Assembly: GCA_041690595.1 (NCBI GenBank)
Contig: JAWLHB010000045.1
Span: forward strand, 1-64,000
From: Lentisphaeria bacterium
Lineage (GTDB): Bacteria; Verrucomicrobiota; Lentisphaeria; JABSQK01; JAWLHB01
Length of the DNA: 64,000 nt
Reading direction: 5' to 3'
This document shows positions 36,511 through 45,355 of the stretch, piece after piece; position 1 is the first letter of the stretch; every line of letters starts with the position of its first letter. The notes beneath the pieces are model-generated. The model worked only from the letters and a program-made list of their open reading frames with translations, made no database searches and was not told the DNA's origin. The position numbers were made by a program, and so were the translations under genes.

Positions 36511-37470
36511 TCAATATCGGATGTTCAGTGCGTCCATCAGCCCTTTCATATAGCCGATTGCGAAGAGGTTCCCCTGCATCTCATAGCCGGGGTTGGCATT
36601 GCCCTCGCCGGCCATGGTCGGTGTGTGGTCGGGCCGGATAAGCGTGTCGACGCCGACATCGCGGCAGGCGGCGAGGAAGGTGGCCATGTCGGTCGGGCCG
36701 TTGTCGTGAAAGGTCTCGCGGAAGCACTCTTTGCTCCCCACGATGTCACGGAAGTGCAGGAAGACGATCTGCTTCGCCAATTCCGGGATGAGTGTGAAGA
36801 TATCTTCGCCCATGGCCTTGAAGGTCGCCAGGCAGAAGGTGACACCATGGCTCGGGCTCGCTGACAGGCCGAGGGCCCGGCGGAACGCGGCGGCGCTGGT
36901 CAGGATGCGGCTGTAGCCGAGCAGGGGCGACATCGGTGGATCGTCGGGATGGAGCCCCATCCGCACCCCGGCCTCCTCAGCGACCGGCAGAACCGCGTCG
37001 ATGAAGTACTGGTAATTGGCCCACATCTGCTCCTCGCTGACCTTCAGCGGTCCATCGTCGGGGGCAAGGTCACGCACGTCGAAGCCGGAAGTCAGGGCGC
37101 CGCCGCGTTCGGGGAGGTCCACTCGGGTGCGATACCAGCCGACCCCGGCCATGAAGTTGTAGCACAAGAGCGGAATGTTGAGCCGGCCCATGTTGCGCAG
37201 CATGGCTTGGTAATTCTCGATATCTTCATCGCGGCCGGGCAGGCCGAGTTTAATGCGCGACATGTCGAACTCATCGCCTTCCAACGCATGGAGGCGGAAT
37301 CCCGCCTCCGCAAAGCGTCCGTGAATCTCGCGCAAGGAATCGTAATCCCATGGCGGAAGCTGCCCACTCAGTTCCGGCGCGGCCTTGGTGACCGCGTATT
37401 CCACGCCGATCTGAGCGGCGAGCTTCCACTTCATATCCGGCTTGACCGGCAGCATCATGCCCAGCTTCAT
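36511..37470 (-). CDS. uxuA: Mannonate dehydratase
   Basis: IKLGLPGRD, LCYNFM, LHPDDPP, HFRD, RPDH, FAIGYMKGL. Confidence 0.9.
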   Translation of the reverse strand: MKLGMMLPVKPDMKWKLAAQIGVEYAVTKAAPELSGQLPPWDYDSLREIHGRFAEAGFRLHALEGDEFDMSRIKLGLPGRDEDIENYQAMLRNMGRLNIPLLCYNFMAGVGWYRTRVDLPERGGALTSGFDVRDLAPDDGPLKVSEEQMWANYQYFIDAVLPVAEEAGVRMGLHPDDPPMSPLLGYSRILTSAAAFRRALGLSASPSHGVTFCLATFKAMGEDIFTLIPELAKQIVFLHFRDIVGSKECFRETFHDNGPTDMATFLAACRDVGVDTLIRPDHTPTMAGEGNANPGYEMQGNLFAIGYMKGLMDALNIRY

Positions 37471-37481
37471 CGCGTGTCTCC

Positions 37482-38513
37482 TTACCGGTCCGTTCTGCCA
37501 TACCAGCGTTTCATCACCTCGGCGGCGGGTTTGCCGTAGATGGTGAAGCCCTTATCCCCACGGGGGTCGTCGTGGAATTGTGGGCGGTAGTTCTGCTCGT
37601 CCCACTTCCACCAGTACAGCCCCATCCACCACGGCTCATTCCAGAAGGTCTCGAGGACGGCGTCGAGGAACTTGGCCTGTTCTTCGCCATCGTACCCGCC
37701 AGGGTTGTTCCAGTAGTAAGGCAGCTGAGTGGCACCGGCGGTCGAGCAGCAGCCACCCTCGCCAAAGTAGTACGGTTTGCCGTATGCCTCGGCAATCCGG
37801 CGATGATGGTGTAACCGCTCCTGGAGGAAGACCAGCATTTCCGCCTTGGTGGCACCAGCCTTGTCGGAGACGGGGTCGTAGAAGCTGGTGCCCAGGGAGT
37901 CCAGATCGCGCCACCAGTGGTCCGGCCGTTCCAGCTGCTTGAGGAAGTTTGCGGCTCTGGTATGGCTGCTGGTCAGGTGTCCGTTGAAGACGCTGCGTGC
38001 GGCAGCCACGATCTTCTTCCATTGGTCGTTGAAATGAACGATGTCGTCAAGCTCGCTGTCGAGTCCGTAGGCCTCGCAGCCGGCGCGAGTGGCCAGCCGC
38101 GCATAGTGCAGAGTGCGGTCGGTCATGCTCTCGAACCAGCGGCTCTCGTAGGTGATCGGCTTGCCCGGCATGATCTCCCTGTCGCCGGGAAGATGGATGT
38201 GGCAGCGCTGGGTGCCGTCCCAGCATTCGAGCATGGGGCGCAGCTGCACCTTCATTCCTTTCTCATGGATATAGTCGATGATGTCACGCAGCTCGTCGTC
38301 GGCCGGGGTCATCTTGAAGTCGCGGAACTGGCGGCAGCTCATCATCGACTCCTGGAGGACGATGCTGACCAGGCAGACCCATTCGATGTTCAGTTCCTTC
38401 ATCCGGTCCACCTGCTGGCGCGCCTCCGCTGAGCCGTAGTAACCATTGCGGGCATAGAACCCAAAGGTCATGCCCCGGTGGACAGGGACAATGTCTGACG
38501 ATTGCCGTTTCAT
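37482..38513 (-). CDS. GH113-like glycoside hydrolase
   Basis: RGMTFG, GMKVQLRP, DSELD, PYYFGEGGC, EEQAKFL, GLYWWKWD, GKPAAEV. Confidence 0.75.
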   Translation of the reverse strand: MKRQSSDIVPVHRGMTFGFYARNGYYGSAEARQQVDRMKELNIEWVCLVSIVLQESMMSCRQFRDFKMTPADDELRDIIDYIHEKGMKVQLRPMLECWDGTQRCHIHLPGDREIMPGKPITYESRWFESMTDRTLHYARLATRAGCEAYGLDSELDDIVHFNDQWKKIVAAARSVFNGHLTSSHTRAANFLKQLERPDHWWRDLDSLGTSFYDPVSDKAGATKAEMLVFLQERLHHHRRIAEAYGKPYYFGEGGCCSTAGATQLPYYWNNPGGYDGEEQAKFLDAVLETFWNEPWWMGLYWWKWDEQNYRPQFHDDPRGDKGFTIYGKPAAEVMKRWYGRTDR

Positions 38514-38514
38514 G

Positions 38515-41139
38515 CTATCTCTCCTTTTGCGTAAACACGTGTTCTCCGGCGGCCAGAAGCCGGGGCGGGCCATCCGGCAGCCAAACGGTGGCCGATGTGT
38601 TTGGCGGTATGGTTACCGCGAGCGTCATGTTGCCGTTCTGTTTGCGCCAGGCGCTGCGGATGGTGCCCCGAACGGAATCGTACGATGCGTCGACCCAGTC
38701 GAGCCCCGCCTTGGGAATCTGTGGGCGGATGAAGAAATGGGCAAAGCCGGGGTGCTCGGGATCGGGCTGGATGCCGGCGTAGCCTTCGTAGAACCAGCTC
38801 CCGGCGCCGATGAAGACGCTGTGGATGTTGCTTGAACAGGGGATGTGCCAGTCTTCCGGAATCGTCGTACAGCCGGCCTTGATGAAGGCGCCCAGTGACG
38901 GCACGTCCTCGTGGGTCATCAGGGCATGCGCCTCCTCGGTCAGGTTTTCGCGGGCGAGTAGTTCGAAGAACATGTTGGTGGCATGCCAGCCGGTACCCCA
39001 GGCGCCGCGGCGGGTTATCAGGATGTCGTGAGAGAGGAATGACAGCACCGCCTGATGGCGCTCGCCGGCGGCGACCCCGGAGAGTAGTGCGTAGAGCTGC
39101 ACGCCTTGGGTGCCGAGGCCGTAGCAGCCCTGAGCGGAGTCGAAATGCCCGGCGTTGATCAAGTCGGCTTGCTCGGCGAAGAAGCGCCGCGCACGAGCCG
39201 CGACCTCCGGCGTGGAGAGGCGTTCGGCCAATCTGGCGATACGCCGTGCGGCCAGCAGGATCTCCAGGCTGTTGTAGAGCCCCATCTCGGCCTGATCCCA
39301 GACGCGCCGATCAGCATGCGCACATGGATCGCCGTACCGGTAGAGCTCGTGGTCGCGCGGGCTGTGGGCGGCGCGGAACGGCTGGACAAGGCCGTTCTTG
39401 AACTTGCCGGCGATGAAAGTCAGCCAGCGGTCGAGGCCGTCGAGATGCTCGCGGACAATCGGTTCGTCGCCATAGGTTGCGAAGGTCTGCCAGGCGTAGT
39501 GTGCATAGGTGGCCGCCATCGAGGGATTGCCTTCGCTGAAACTGCTGCGCAAGGGCGCGTGCGGCGGGATCTCGCCGGACGGCAGTTGCTCGTCGGCGAT
39601 ATCGCGCAGGCGTTTGCGGAAATGGGCGGCCCAGTCGAAACTGAAGGCCAGCAGTGTCTGGCAGGTGGCGGCGCCACCGAGCCAGGGGCTGTCCTCACGC
39701 GTTGGGCAGTCGGCCAGGTAACCGCGCTTGGTCAGAGCCACCTGGGTGCGGACGATGGCGTCGTAGATGTCATTCAGGAGCGGATTTGAGCAGCGGAACT
39801 GTCCGGTCCGGGTCAGGTCGTCGGCGATCTTTTCGGCGATGACGGATTGAATCTGGATGCCTTGCGGCTGGAAGGAGCCTTCGATATAGCTCTTGGCAAT
39901 GTCCACCTCCTGGATGCCGCGGTAGAGGAACGGGGTGATCAGGTCGTGGACGATGCCGGGATAGAAGCCTTGGTCGCGGACGGTCTCGCCGCTCTTGAGG
40001 CGGTACTCATCGACCTGGTTCCAGTCGTTGCGTACGTCCGGATGTGCCCGTCGGTCGAGCACGCGATCGTGACAGGTGACGCGCAGCCGACCGCGGTAGC
40101 GGCCCTGCACCTGGATGCGCAGTCGAGCGGTCATGGATTCGGCGAACTCGACGTGCTCGGCCCAGTCACCGTGCTTTTCGTGCTTGACCGGGGCGAGCGT
40201 CTCGATCACCCGGGTCGGGGGGTGCATGCGGGCACGCAAGGAGCCGGGCGGCGGTTTGACTGCGACGGCGGGCAACCAGAGGGTATCGTCAAACCCTGGC
40301 AACATCCAGCCGTCGAGCTCCCGGTAAGCTTGATAGAACTGTGCGCCGTTGTCGCAGGTGAAGTGCTTGTTCCAAGGGGTGATCGGGCTTGGCGCGGTCA
40401 TCCATGTGGCGTCGGAGACAACGGTGTGGACGCTGCCGTCGGCGCATATGGCCTCGAGCTGGGCGATCAGCACGGGGAAGCGGTGAAAGACATTCAGGCA
40501 GTTTGGGTTGTACGACGCGGAGCAGAGCCAGGCGCCAAGGATGTTGTCACCCGCGTTCAGCAGCGGCGCGACATCGTCCACGGCGTAATAGACGCGCTTG
40601 GCGGCGTTGGTGAAGCCGGTGCCGAGCACATAATCGCCGGCCGGCTTGCCGTTGACCAAGAAGTCGGCCAGGCCGAGACCGGTCGAGTAGAGCCGGGCAC
40701 GAACCGGCGTGGCCGGCAGGTGAAAGCTCTTGCGCAGCAGTGGCGAATAGCAGGTCGGGATGCCGGCATCATGTTCGGGGCGGCCGATCCAGCGCGCCTG
40801 CCAGTCCGCGGCGTCGAGCAGGCCCATTTCAAAGTTGGCCGGCTCACTCCAACCGCCCGGCTTCGCCTGTTCGTCCCAGACACCCACGCGCCAGTGACAG
40901 CGGGTGCGGGAAGCCAGCGGTTTTCCCCCATACGACACAGCCATCGAATCGCCCTCGACTCGGCCGGAGTCCCACAGATCGGGGCTGCCGTTCAGCAGCG
41001 CATCACACGCAGTCGCCACTTGGATGCGAAACGCGATCTGCCTGCCGACGCCGGTCAGGGACCAGCTCAGCAGCGGCGCCTGGGCATCAATGCCTTTCGG
41101 GTCGTTCAGGTACTCGCAACGCTGTTGTCCCGGTTTCAT
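38515..41139 (-). CDS. Alpha-L-rhamnosidase (GH78)
   Basis: DLWDSGRV, FEMGLL, PLLRKSF, FRCSNPLLN, DCPTRE, TTIPEDW, SSNIH, GTIRSAW. Confidence 0.88.
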   Translation of the reverse strand: MKPGQQRCEYLNDPKGIDAQAPLLSWSLTGVGRQIAFRIQVATACDALLNGSPDLWDSGRVEGDSMAVSYGGKPLASRTRCHWRVGVWDEQAKPGGWSEPANFEMGLLDAADWQARWIGRPEHDAGIPTCYSPLLRKSFHLPATPVRARLYSTGLGLADFLVNGKPAGDYVLGTGFTNAAKRVYYAVDDVAPLLNAGDNILGAWLCSASYNPNCLNVFHRFPVLIAQLEAICADGSVHTVVSDATWMTAPSPITPWNKHFTCDNGAQFYQAYRELDGWMLPGFDDTLWLPAVAVKPPPGSLRARMHPPTRVIETLAPVKHEKHGDWAEHVEFAESMTARLRIQVQGRYRGRLRVTCHDRVLDRRAHPDVRNDWNQVDEYRLKSGETVRDQGFYPGIVHDLITPFLYRGIQEVDIAKSYIEGSFQPQGIQIQSVIAEKIADDLTRTGQFRCSNPLLNDIYDAIVRTQVALTKRGYLADCPTREDSPWLGGAATCQTLLAFSFDWAAHFRKRLRDIADEQLPSGEIPPHAPLRSSFSEGNPSMAATYAHYAWQTFATYGDEPIVREHLDGLDRWLTFIAGKFKNGLVQPFRAAHSPRDHELYRYGDPCAHADRRVWDQAEMGLYNSLEILLAARRIARLAERLSTPEVAARARRFFAEQADLINAGHFDSAQGCYGLGTQGVQLYALLSGVAAGERHQAVLSFLSHDILITRRGAWGTGWHATNMFFELLARENLTEEAHALMTHEDVPSLGAFIKAGCTTIPEDWHIPCSSNIHSVFIGAGSWFYEGYAGIQPDPEHPGFAHFFIRPQIPKAGLDWVDASYDSVRGTIRSAWRKQNGNMTLAVTIPPNTSATVWLPDGPPRLLAAGEHVFTQKER

Positions 41140-41143
41140 GCTT

Positions 41144-42193
41144 TCAATACCTCTGCAGGAGCTCCAGGAGCTTCCGGTCGAGCTGGTGTCCGTGGAAATC
41201 ATCGTAGGCGACGTCGGTGCGACCGGAGTTCAGGATGCCGAAGGGGCCTTTGAAATTCCACAGGGCGTACCCGATGTTGTGGGTGGTCAGGATCTTCAGG
41301 AAGTCCTCGAACCAGGCCAGCACGACAGGGTGCGGGGTCCGGTTGAAGCAGCCGCATTCACCGCACATGACGCCGATACCAGTTTCGGCGATGTCTGCCC
41401 AGCACTCGTAGTCGCGCCGCAGCAGCTCGGCGTCCCACCATAGTCCCTGCTGGTCGTTGCCCGGCCATTTGGCCTCCACCCAGCCCTCCGGGCAGTTCAG
41501 CCAGGGGGACGAGTTGTGAGTGACGCTCAGCGGCCAATAGCCGCGGCAGCTCTGCCATACCCGCGGGTAGCCGATCAGCTCGGGAATTGGCCGTCGACCG
41601 GTGCTCAGTCCGTCCACCAGAATCGGCCGCTCCGCGTCTTCATCACGGATGGCCTGGATCGCCGCGGTCATCACGCGCAGGAAATCGGCCCGGGTCATGT
41701 AGTCGGGCTTGTCAGTGTTGTGCGGCTCGTTGATCAGGTTGAAGCTCAGCCGGTCGGCGGGCACTCCCCGGTAGCGCCGGGCGAAAGCGGCCCAGTGGTA
41801 GCAGAAAGCCTCGAGCGCCTCGTTCTCCTTGAACAGGTTGTGTTGCTCGGCGGGTGGATTGACGCAGTAGCCCGGAGCGCGATGGAAATTCAGGCATACA
41901 TGAATGCCGTAGCACTTGCCGAACTCGACGGCCTCGTCGATATGGATCATGGTCGCTTCATCGATCCGTTTCCAATCGTTCTGGTCGGACCAGCAAAGGT
42001 AGTCCAGCGGCAGGCGGACGAAGTCGAAGCCCAGCTCGTGGATCATGGCGAAGTCCTCTTCCTCGAACGGCATGTTCGGACGCTCGAAGATCACACTTTT
42101 TGAGCCATTGTCGAAACGGAACTTCTGCAGCAGGTTGAACCCACGATACGGCGGCATGCCGGTCTGTTGGATGTAGTTCAGATTCTTGCGCAT
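41144..42193 (-). CDS. GH5 family glycoside hydrolase
   Basis: GFDFVRLP, NFHRAPGY, LINEP (acid/base), CGECG (nucleophile), YALWN. Confidence 0.9.
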   Translation of the reverse strand: MRKNLNYIQQTGMPPYRGFNLLQKFRFDNGSKSVIFERPNMPFEEEDFAMIHELGFDFVRLPLDYLCWSDQNDWKRIDEATMIHIDEAVEFGKCYGIHVCLNFHRAPGYCVNPPAEQHNLFKENEALEAFCYHWAAFARRYRGVPADRLSFNLINEPHNTDKPDYMTRADFLRVMTAAIQAIRDEDAERPILVDGLSTGRRPIPELIGYPRVWQSCRGYWPLSVTHNSSPWLNCPEGWVEAKWPGNDQQGLWWDAELLRRDYECWADIAETGIGVMCGECGCFNRTPHPVVLAWFEDFLKILTTHNIGYALWNFKGPFGILNSGRTDVAYDDFHGHQLDRKLLELLQRY

Positions 42194-42199
42194 GGCTCT

Positions 42200-43351
42200 T
42201 CAGTATCTCCCTTCACGTTTGCCGACTTCGATATAGCGGCGGATGTTGTCGAATGGAGTATTGGCGCCCAGTCCTTCCTCGGTGAAGAGGATGTAGCCGC
42301 CGCCCTCTTTTGCAGCGTGCAGACAGCGCATGACGTCCTTTTCGACATCGGCCGGAGTACCCAGCAGCATTGGCTCGGTCACACCGACGTTGCCCTTGAT
42401 ACAGAACCGCTTGCCAAAGCTCTTTTTGACCTCGCCAAGCAAACAGTCGCCCATGGGCGGGGGCTGGAGAGGGTTGACGCTGTCCAATTCGGTTTGCTCG
42501 GCACACATCTCCAGAACAAGCCGCTCCTTGCCGCAGCAGTGCAATTCCGAGGGAATGCCGGCCTGGCGACACATGGCGGTCGCCTTCTTCAGCGTCGGGA
42601 TGCACATGTCGCGAACCCAGCGCGGATTGGACAAGGTCAGCATCCCGGAATTGGAGAACTCGATATAGTCCGGCTTCGCGTCAAGGGCCACCGCCAGGGT
42701 GGCCAGCAGAACGGCTTCCTGACGTTGACGATACTCCTCGATAAGCGCGGGATGATCAATCATCAAGTAGGTGGCGGCTTCCAGTTTGCCGTCAAAGAGT
42801 CCCATCAGCGCATGCAGCCCCGGCAGGCTGGGCATGGTGGCGGCTACCGCGCCCTTGTCGCCCAGCATGGCCTTGTCGTTCCGCAGGCGGCTGTCGTCCC
42901 ATCGATAGCAGGCCGGGTCGGGCATGAAATACTCAAGGTACAGCTCGAAATCTTCCTTGCTCTTGATCATGCCGCGGGTAGTGGTCGGCACCTCGGTACG
43001 CGGATAGGTGGTCTCCTGGAAGAGCTCGCCTTTAGGCGTGCTCCAGGTGATGCGGCGGACGATGTAGTCGTCGTCCTGGCGTACGACGTCGCTGCGCGCT
43101 TCCGGGGCGGCGTCGGTGCGCTTGGCCGCAATGCCACTGTACAGGTAGCCGTCGAAGCCGAACCGTTCGGCCATCTCCACCATCAGCTTTCGCAGGTCGA
43201 TCTTGCCGTGGTAGTAGACATCCCAGAAGGTCGATTTCGAAAAGATGGGGGCGATCGAGAAGATGCCGAGCTGTACCGGCACCCGGTCTGGAATGCCGCC
43301 ACGCATTGCGCAGAGAATCCGCTCTTTGGCTGTCATGCAATCGCTGCTCAT
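42200..43351 (-). CDS. URO-D / MtaA-CmuA superfamily protein
   Basis: MTAKERIL..PDRVPV, ELHCCG, VKKSFGKRFCIKGNV, GTPADVEKDV..GGGYIL. Confidence 0.85.
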   Translation of the reverse strand: MSSDCMTAKERILCAMRGGIPDRVPVQLGIFSIAPIFSKSTFWDVYYHGKIDLRKLMVEMAERFGFDGYLYSGIAAKRTDAAPEARSDVVRQDDDYIVRRITWSTPKGELFQETTYPRTEVPTTTRGMIKSKEDFELYLEYFMPDPACYRWDDSRLRNDKAMLGDKGAVAATMPSLPGLHALMGLFDGKLEAATYLMIDHPALIEEYRQRQEAVLLATLAVALDAKPDYIEFSNSGMLTLSNPRWVRDMCIPTLKKATAMCRQAGIPSELHCCGKERLVLEMCAEQTELDSVNPLQPPPMGDCLLGEVKKSFGKRFCIKGNVGVTEPMLLGTPADVEKDVMRCLHAAKEGGGYILFTEEGLGANTPFDNIRRYIEVGKREGRY

Positions 43352-44418
43352 CGGCATACTGCCTCGTCGAAAAAGGTGTGTATATTCGCGGCCGGCACTT
43401 CGGGACCGAGCGATGACGAGAAATTCAGCAGCCAGCCTCCGCCCTTCACCGCGGCCAGGGCTTTGCAGCGCCGTACGTCGGCGCGGACATCGTCAGGCGT
43501 GCCGAATGGCATGGTGGTGACGCTGGAGACACTGCCGACAATGACGGGCGGCCGTCCCGCCGTGGTGGTCAGCTCACGCAAGGCCGTCACGTCGATTCTG
43601 GTGTTGATGGTCTCTTGCAGGCCCTGAAAGCCGTCGGCGCCAGCGTCGAGGAGGTACGACGCGATGGGAGCGATGTTGCCATCGGCATGCCAGAGCACCT
43701 GCACCCCGATCTCCTTGAGCGGTTCAAGCGAACGCTTGACATGGCGGATGTAGATGTCGTTCATCGTCCTGGCGGGGATATACGGGCCGCGGTTGTCACA
43801 GGCATCCTGGCCAGCCCAGATGACGCGCGGCAGGTCGTGCTCGACGATTGCTCTCGCGTGGGCGGTGTTCTGCAGGTAGGCCTGCTCGCCGGAGTGTTCG
43901 AAGAAGCGGTTCATGGCCTCGGGGTAGAGGGCCAGCGCCATGTAGTAGTTTTCAGCGCCGAAATAGCCCTCGTTCTGGAACTGCGTCACGCATCCGAAAC
44001 GGTTCGGCAGCCACAGGATGTCGTCGCCAATAGCCTCCTCTCCCTCGCGGTGGGTGCGCAGGAAGGTGTCGTAACAGGCCTGGAAATCGAAATCCTGGCG
44101 CAGCTCCGTGGGGCTGGGAAGGTTGGCGATTACTTCGAGCATGGCTTCTGGCGAGGCGAATCGGCTGGGTTTGTGCATGCCCACCTGCGCCCCACTTGGG
44201 GAGTCGGGGCTGGGCAGGATGAGGCCGATGACGCAGTCCACGCCAAGGTTGCGGAAAGCACGGATGGCAACCCCTTTGGGATCGGCCCAGAAGCGCTCCA
44301 CCGTGGTGTCGGCAGCCTCGGCCAGGAAGGGGGGATGTCGCACAAAGCCGCCGACCACCGGCAGGCGGTCCGTCGGCGCAAAATCAATAGCCCGTAAGGT
44401 TCGCTCTCTGCCCGTCAT
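43348..44418 (-). CDS. URO-D / MtaA-CmuA superfamily protein
   Basis: MTGRERTL..TDRLP, LWHADGN, GADGFQ, GTPDDVRADV..GGGWLL. Confidence 0.85.
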   Translation of the reverse strand: MTGRERTLRAIDFAPTDRLPVVGGFVRHPPFLAEAADTTVERFWADPKGVAIRAFRNLGVDCVIGLILPSPDSPSGAQVGMHKPSRFASPEAMLEVIANLPSPTELRQDFDFQACYDTFLRTHREGEEAIGDDILWLPNRFGCVTQFQNEGYFGAENYYMALALYPEAMNRFFEHSGEQAYLQNTAHARAIVEHDLPRVIWAGQDACDNRGPYIPARTMNDIYIRHVKRSLEPLKEIGVQVLWHADGNIAPIASYLLDAGADGFQGLQETINTRIDVTALRELTTTAGRPPVIVGSVSSVTTMPFGTPDDVRADVRRCKALAAVKGGGWLLNFSSSLGPEVPAANIHTFFDEAVCR

Positions 44419-45163
44419 GACCACCTTCTCCAGTTAGTTTGTCAGACAACTCCGCGCTGGCCACGGCCAGCGCCGTCTTCAGCATGTCGAGCCTGCCCTC
44501 GTCGGCGCGAATCCGCGGCAAATAGATCCCGAGGGCCGCCACCACCAGGCCGTCCTTTTCGACCGGGACAGCCAGACCCAGGATATGAGTGGTCGTGATC
44601 TGGATGGCCAGGCGTCTGGCGCGGATCCTGGACAATTCGGCATCCAGCGTCTCCTGGGTGGTCCCCTCCGGCCACGCAGACTCTGACGGAAGCCCATATA
44701 CGTCCAGGAACTTCTGGCGTTCGGCCTCCGCCATGAAGGCGAGCATCAGTCTGCCGGTCGAAGCTTCATAGGCCGGTTTGACGTGTGTCCTCTTGACTTG
44801 CAACTCATGGGTCGCAAGCTCCTCCCAAAGGACGATGCGTTCGCCGCCACGGACAAGCGCCAGGATGACATTTTCGTCAATCGCATCCCGCAGCGCCGCC
44901 ATGATCTTTCGCGCCGGCCCCACGATGTGCTCCATGTAAGCCGCCCCTCCTGCCCACTGGAAAACTCTCGGGCCAAGCTGATAGCCCTTCTTCCGGTCGG
45001 GCTGATCAGCAAGGCCGCACGCCACCAGAGTCTTGAGGATATTGGCGCAGGTGCCGGCATTCAGATCCAGCTTCGCGGCAATCTCCCCGAGCCCCACACG
45101 GCGCTCCGGCGACGAGGCCAAAAGCTCCAGTATGGCGGCGGCGCGTTGAACGACTTGGATCAC
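44384..45163 (-). CDS. IclR family transcriptional regulator
   Basis: IQVVQRAAAILELL, YQLG, ASTGRLMLAF, LAVPV..VVAALGI. Confidence 0.92.
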   Translation of the reverse strand: MIQVVQRAAAILELLASSPERRVGLGEIAAKLDLNAGTCANILKTLVACGLADQPDRKKGYQLGPRVFQWAGGAAYMEHIVGPARKIMAALRDAIDENVILALVRGGERIVLWEELATHELQVKRTHVKPAYEASTGRLMLAFMAEAERQKFLDVYGLPSESAWPEGTTQETLDAELSRIRARRLAIQITTTHILGLAVPVEKDGLVVAALGIYLPRIRADEGRLDMLKTALAVASAELSDKLTGEGGHDGQRANLTGY

Positions 45164-45182
45164 CTGGCTACCTCCGGATCAC

Positions 45183-45197
45183 TTTTATATTATAAAA
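45183..45197. promoter_or_regulatory. 7-1-7 palindrome, candidate IclR operator
   Basis: TTTTATA-T-TATAAAA, 20 bp upstream of the IclR start codon. Confidence 0.55.
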
Positions 45198-45355
45198 ATA
45201 GATTTTATATTGGTAAATAAAGATACATCTGCCCTTGGAAGCGTCAAGGCAGTGAGTCGCAATTTTCACACTTGTATGGTGAATCTGAATGCGCGGCAAG
45301 CGCCTCGAGCCTCATCCTCTTCGGCGAAGGATATTCCGAGAGCTGTACCTGCGGC

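Noticed and set aside
42200..44418. Naming the URO-D-fold genes hemE
   Set aside because: The HemE RQAGR motif is absent and the context is sugar catabolism.
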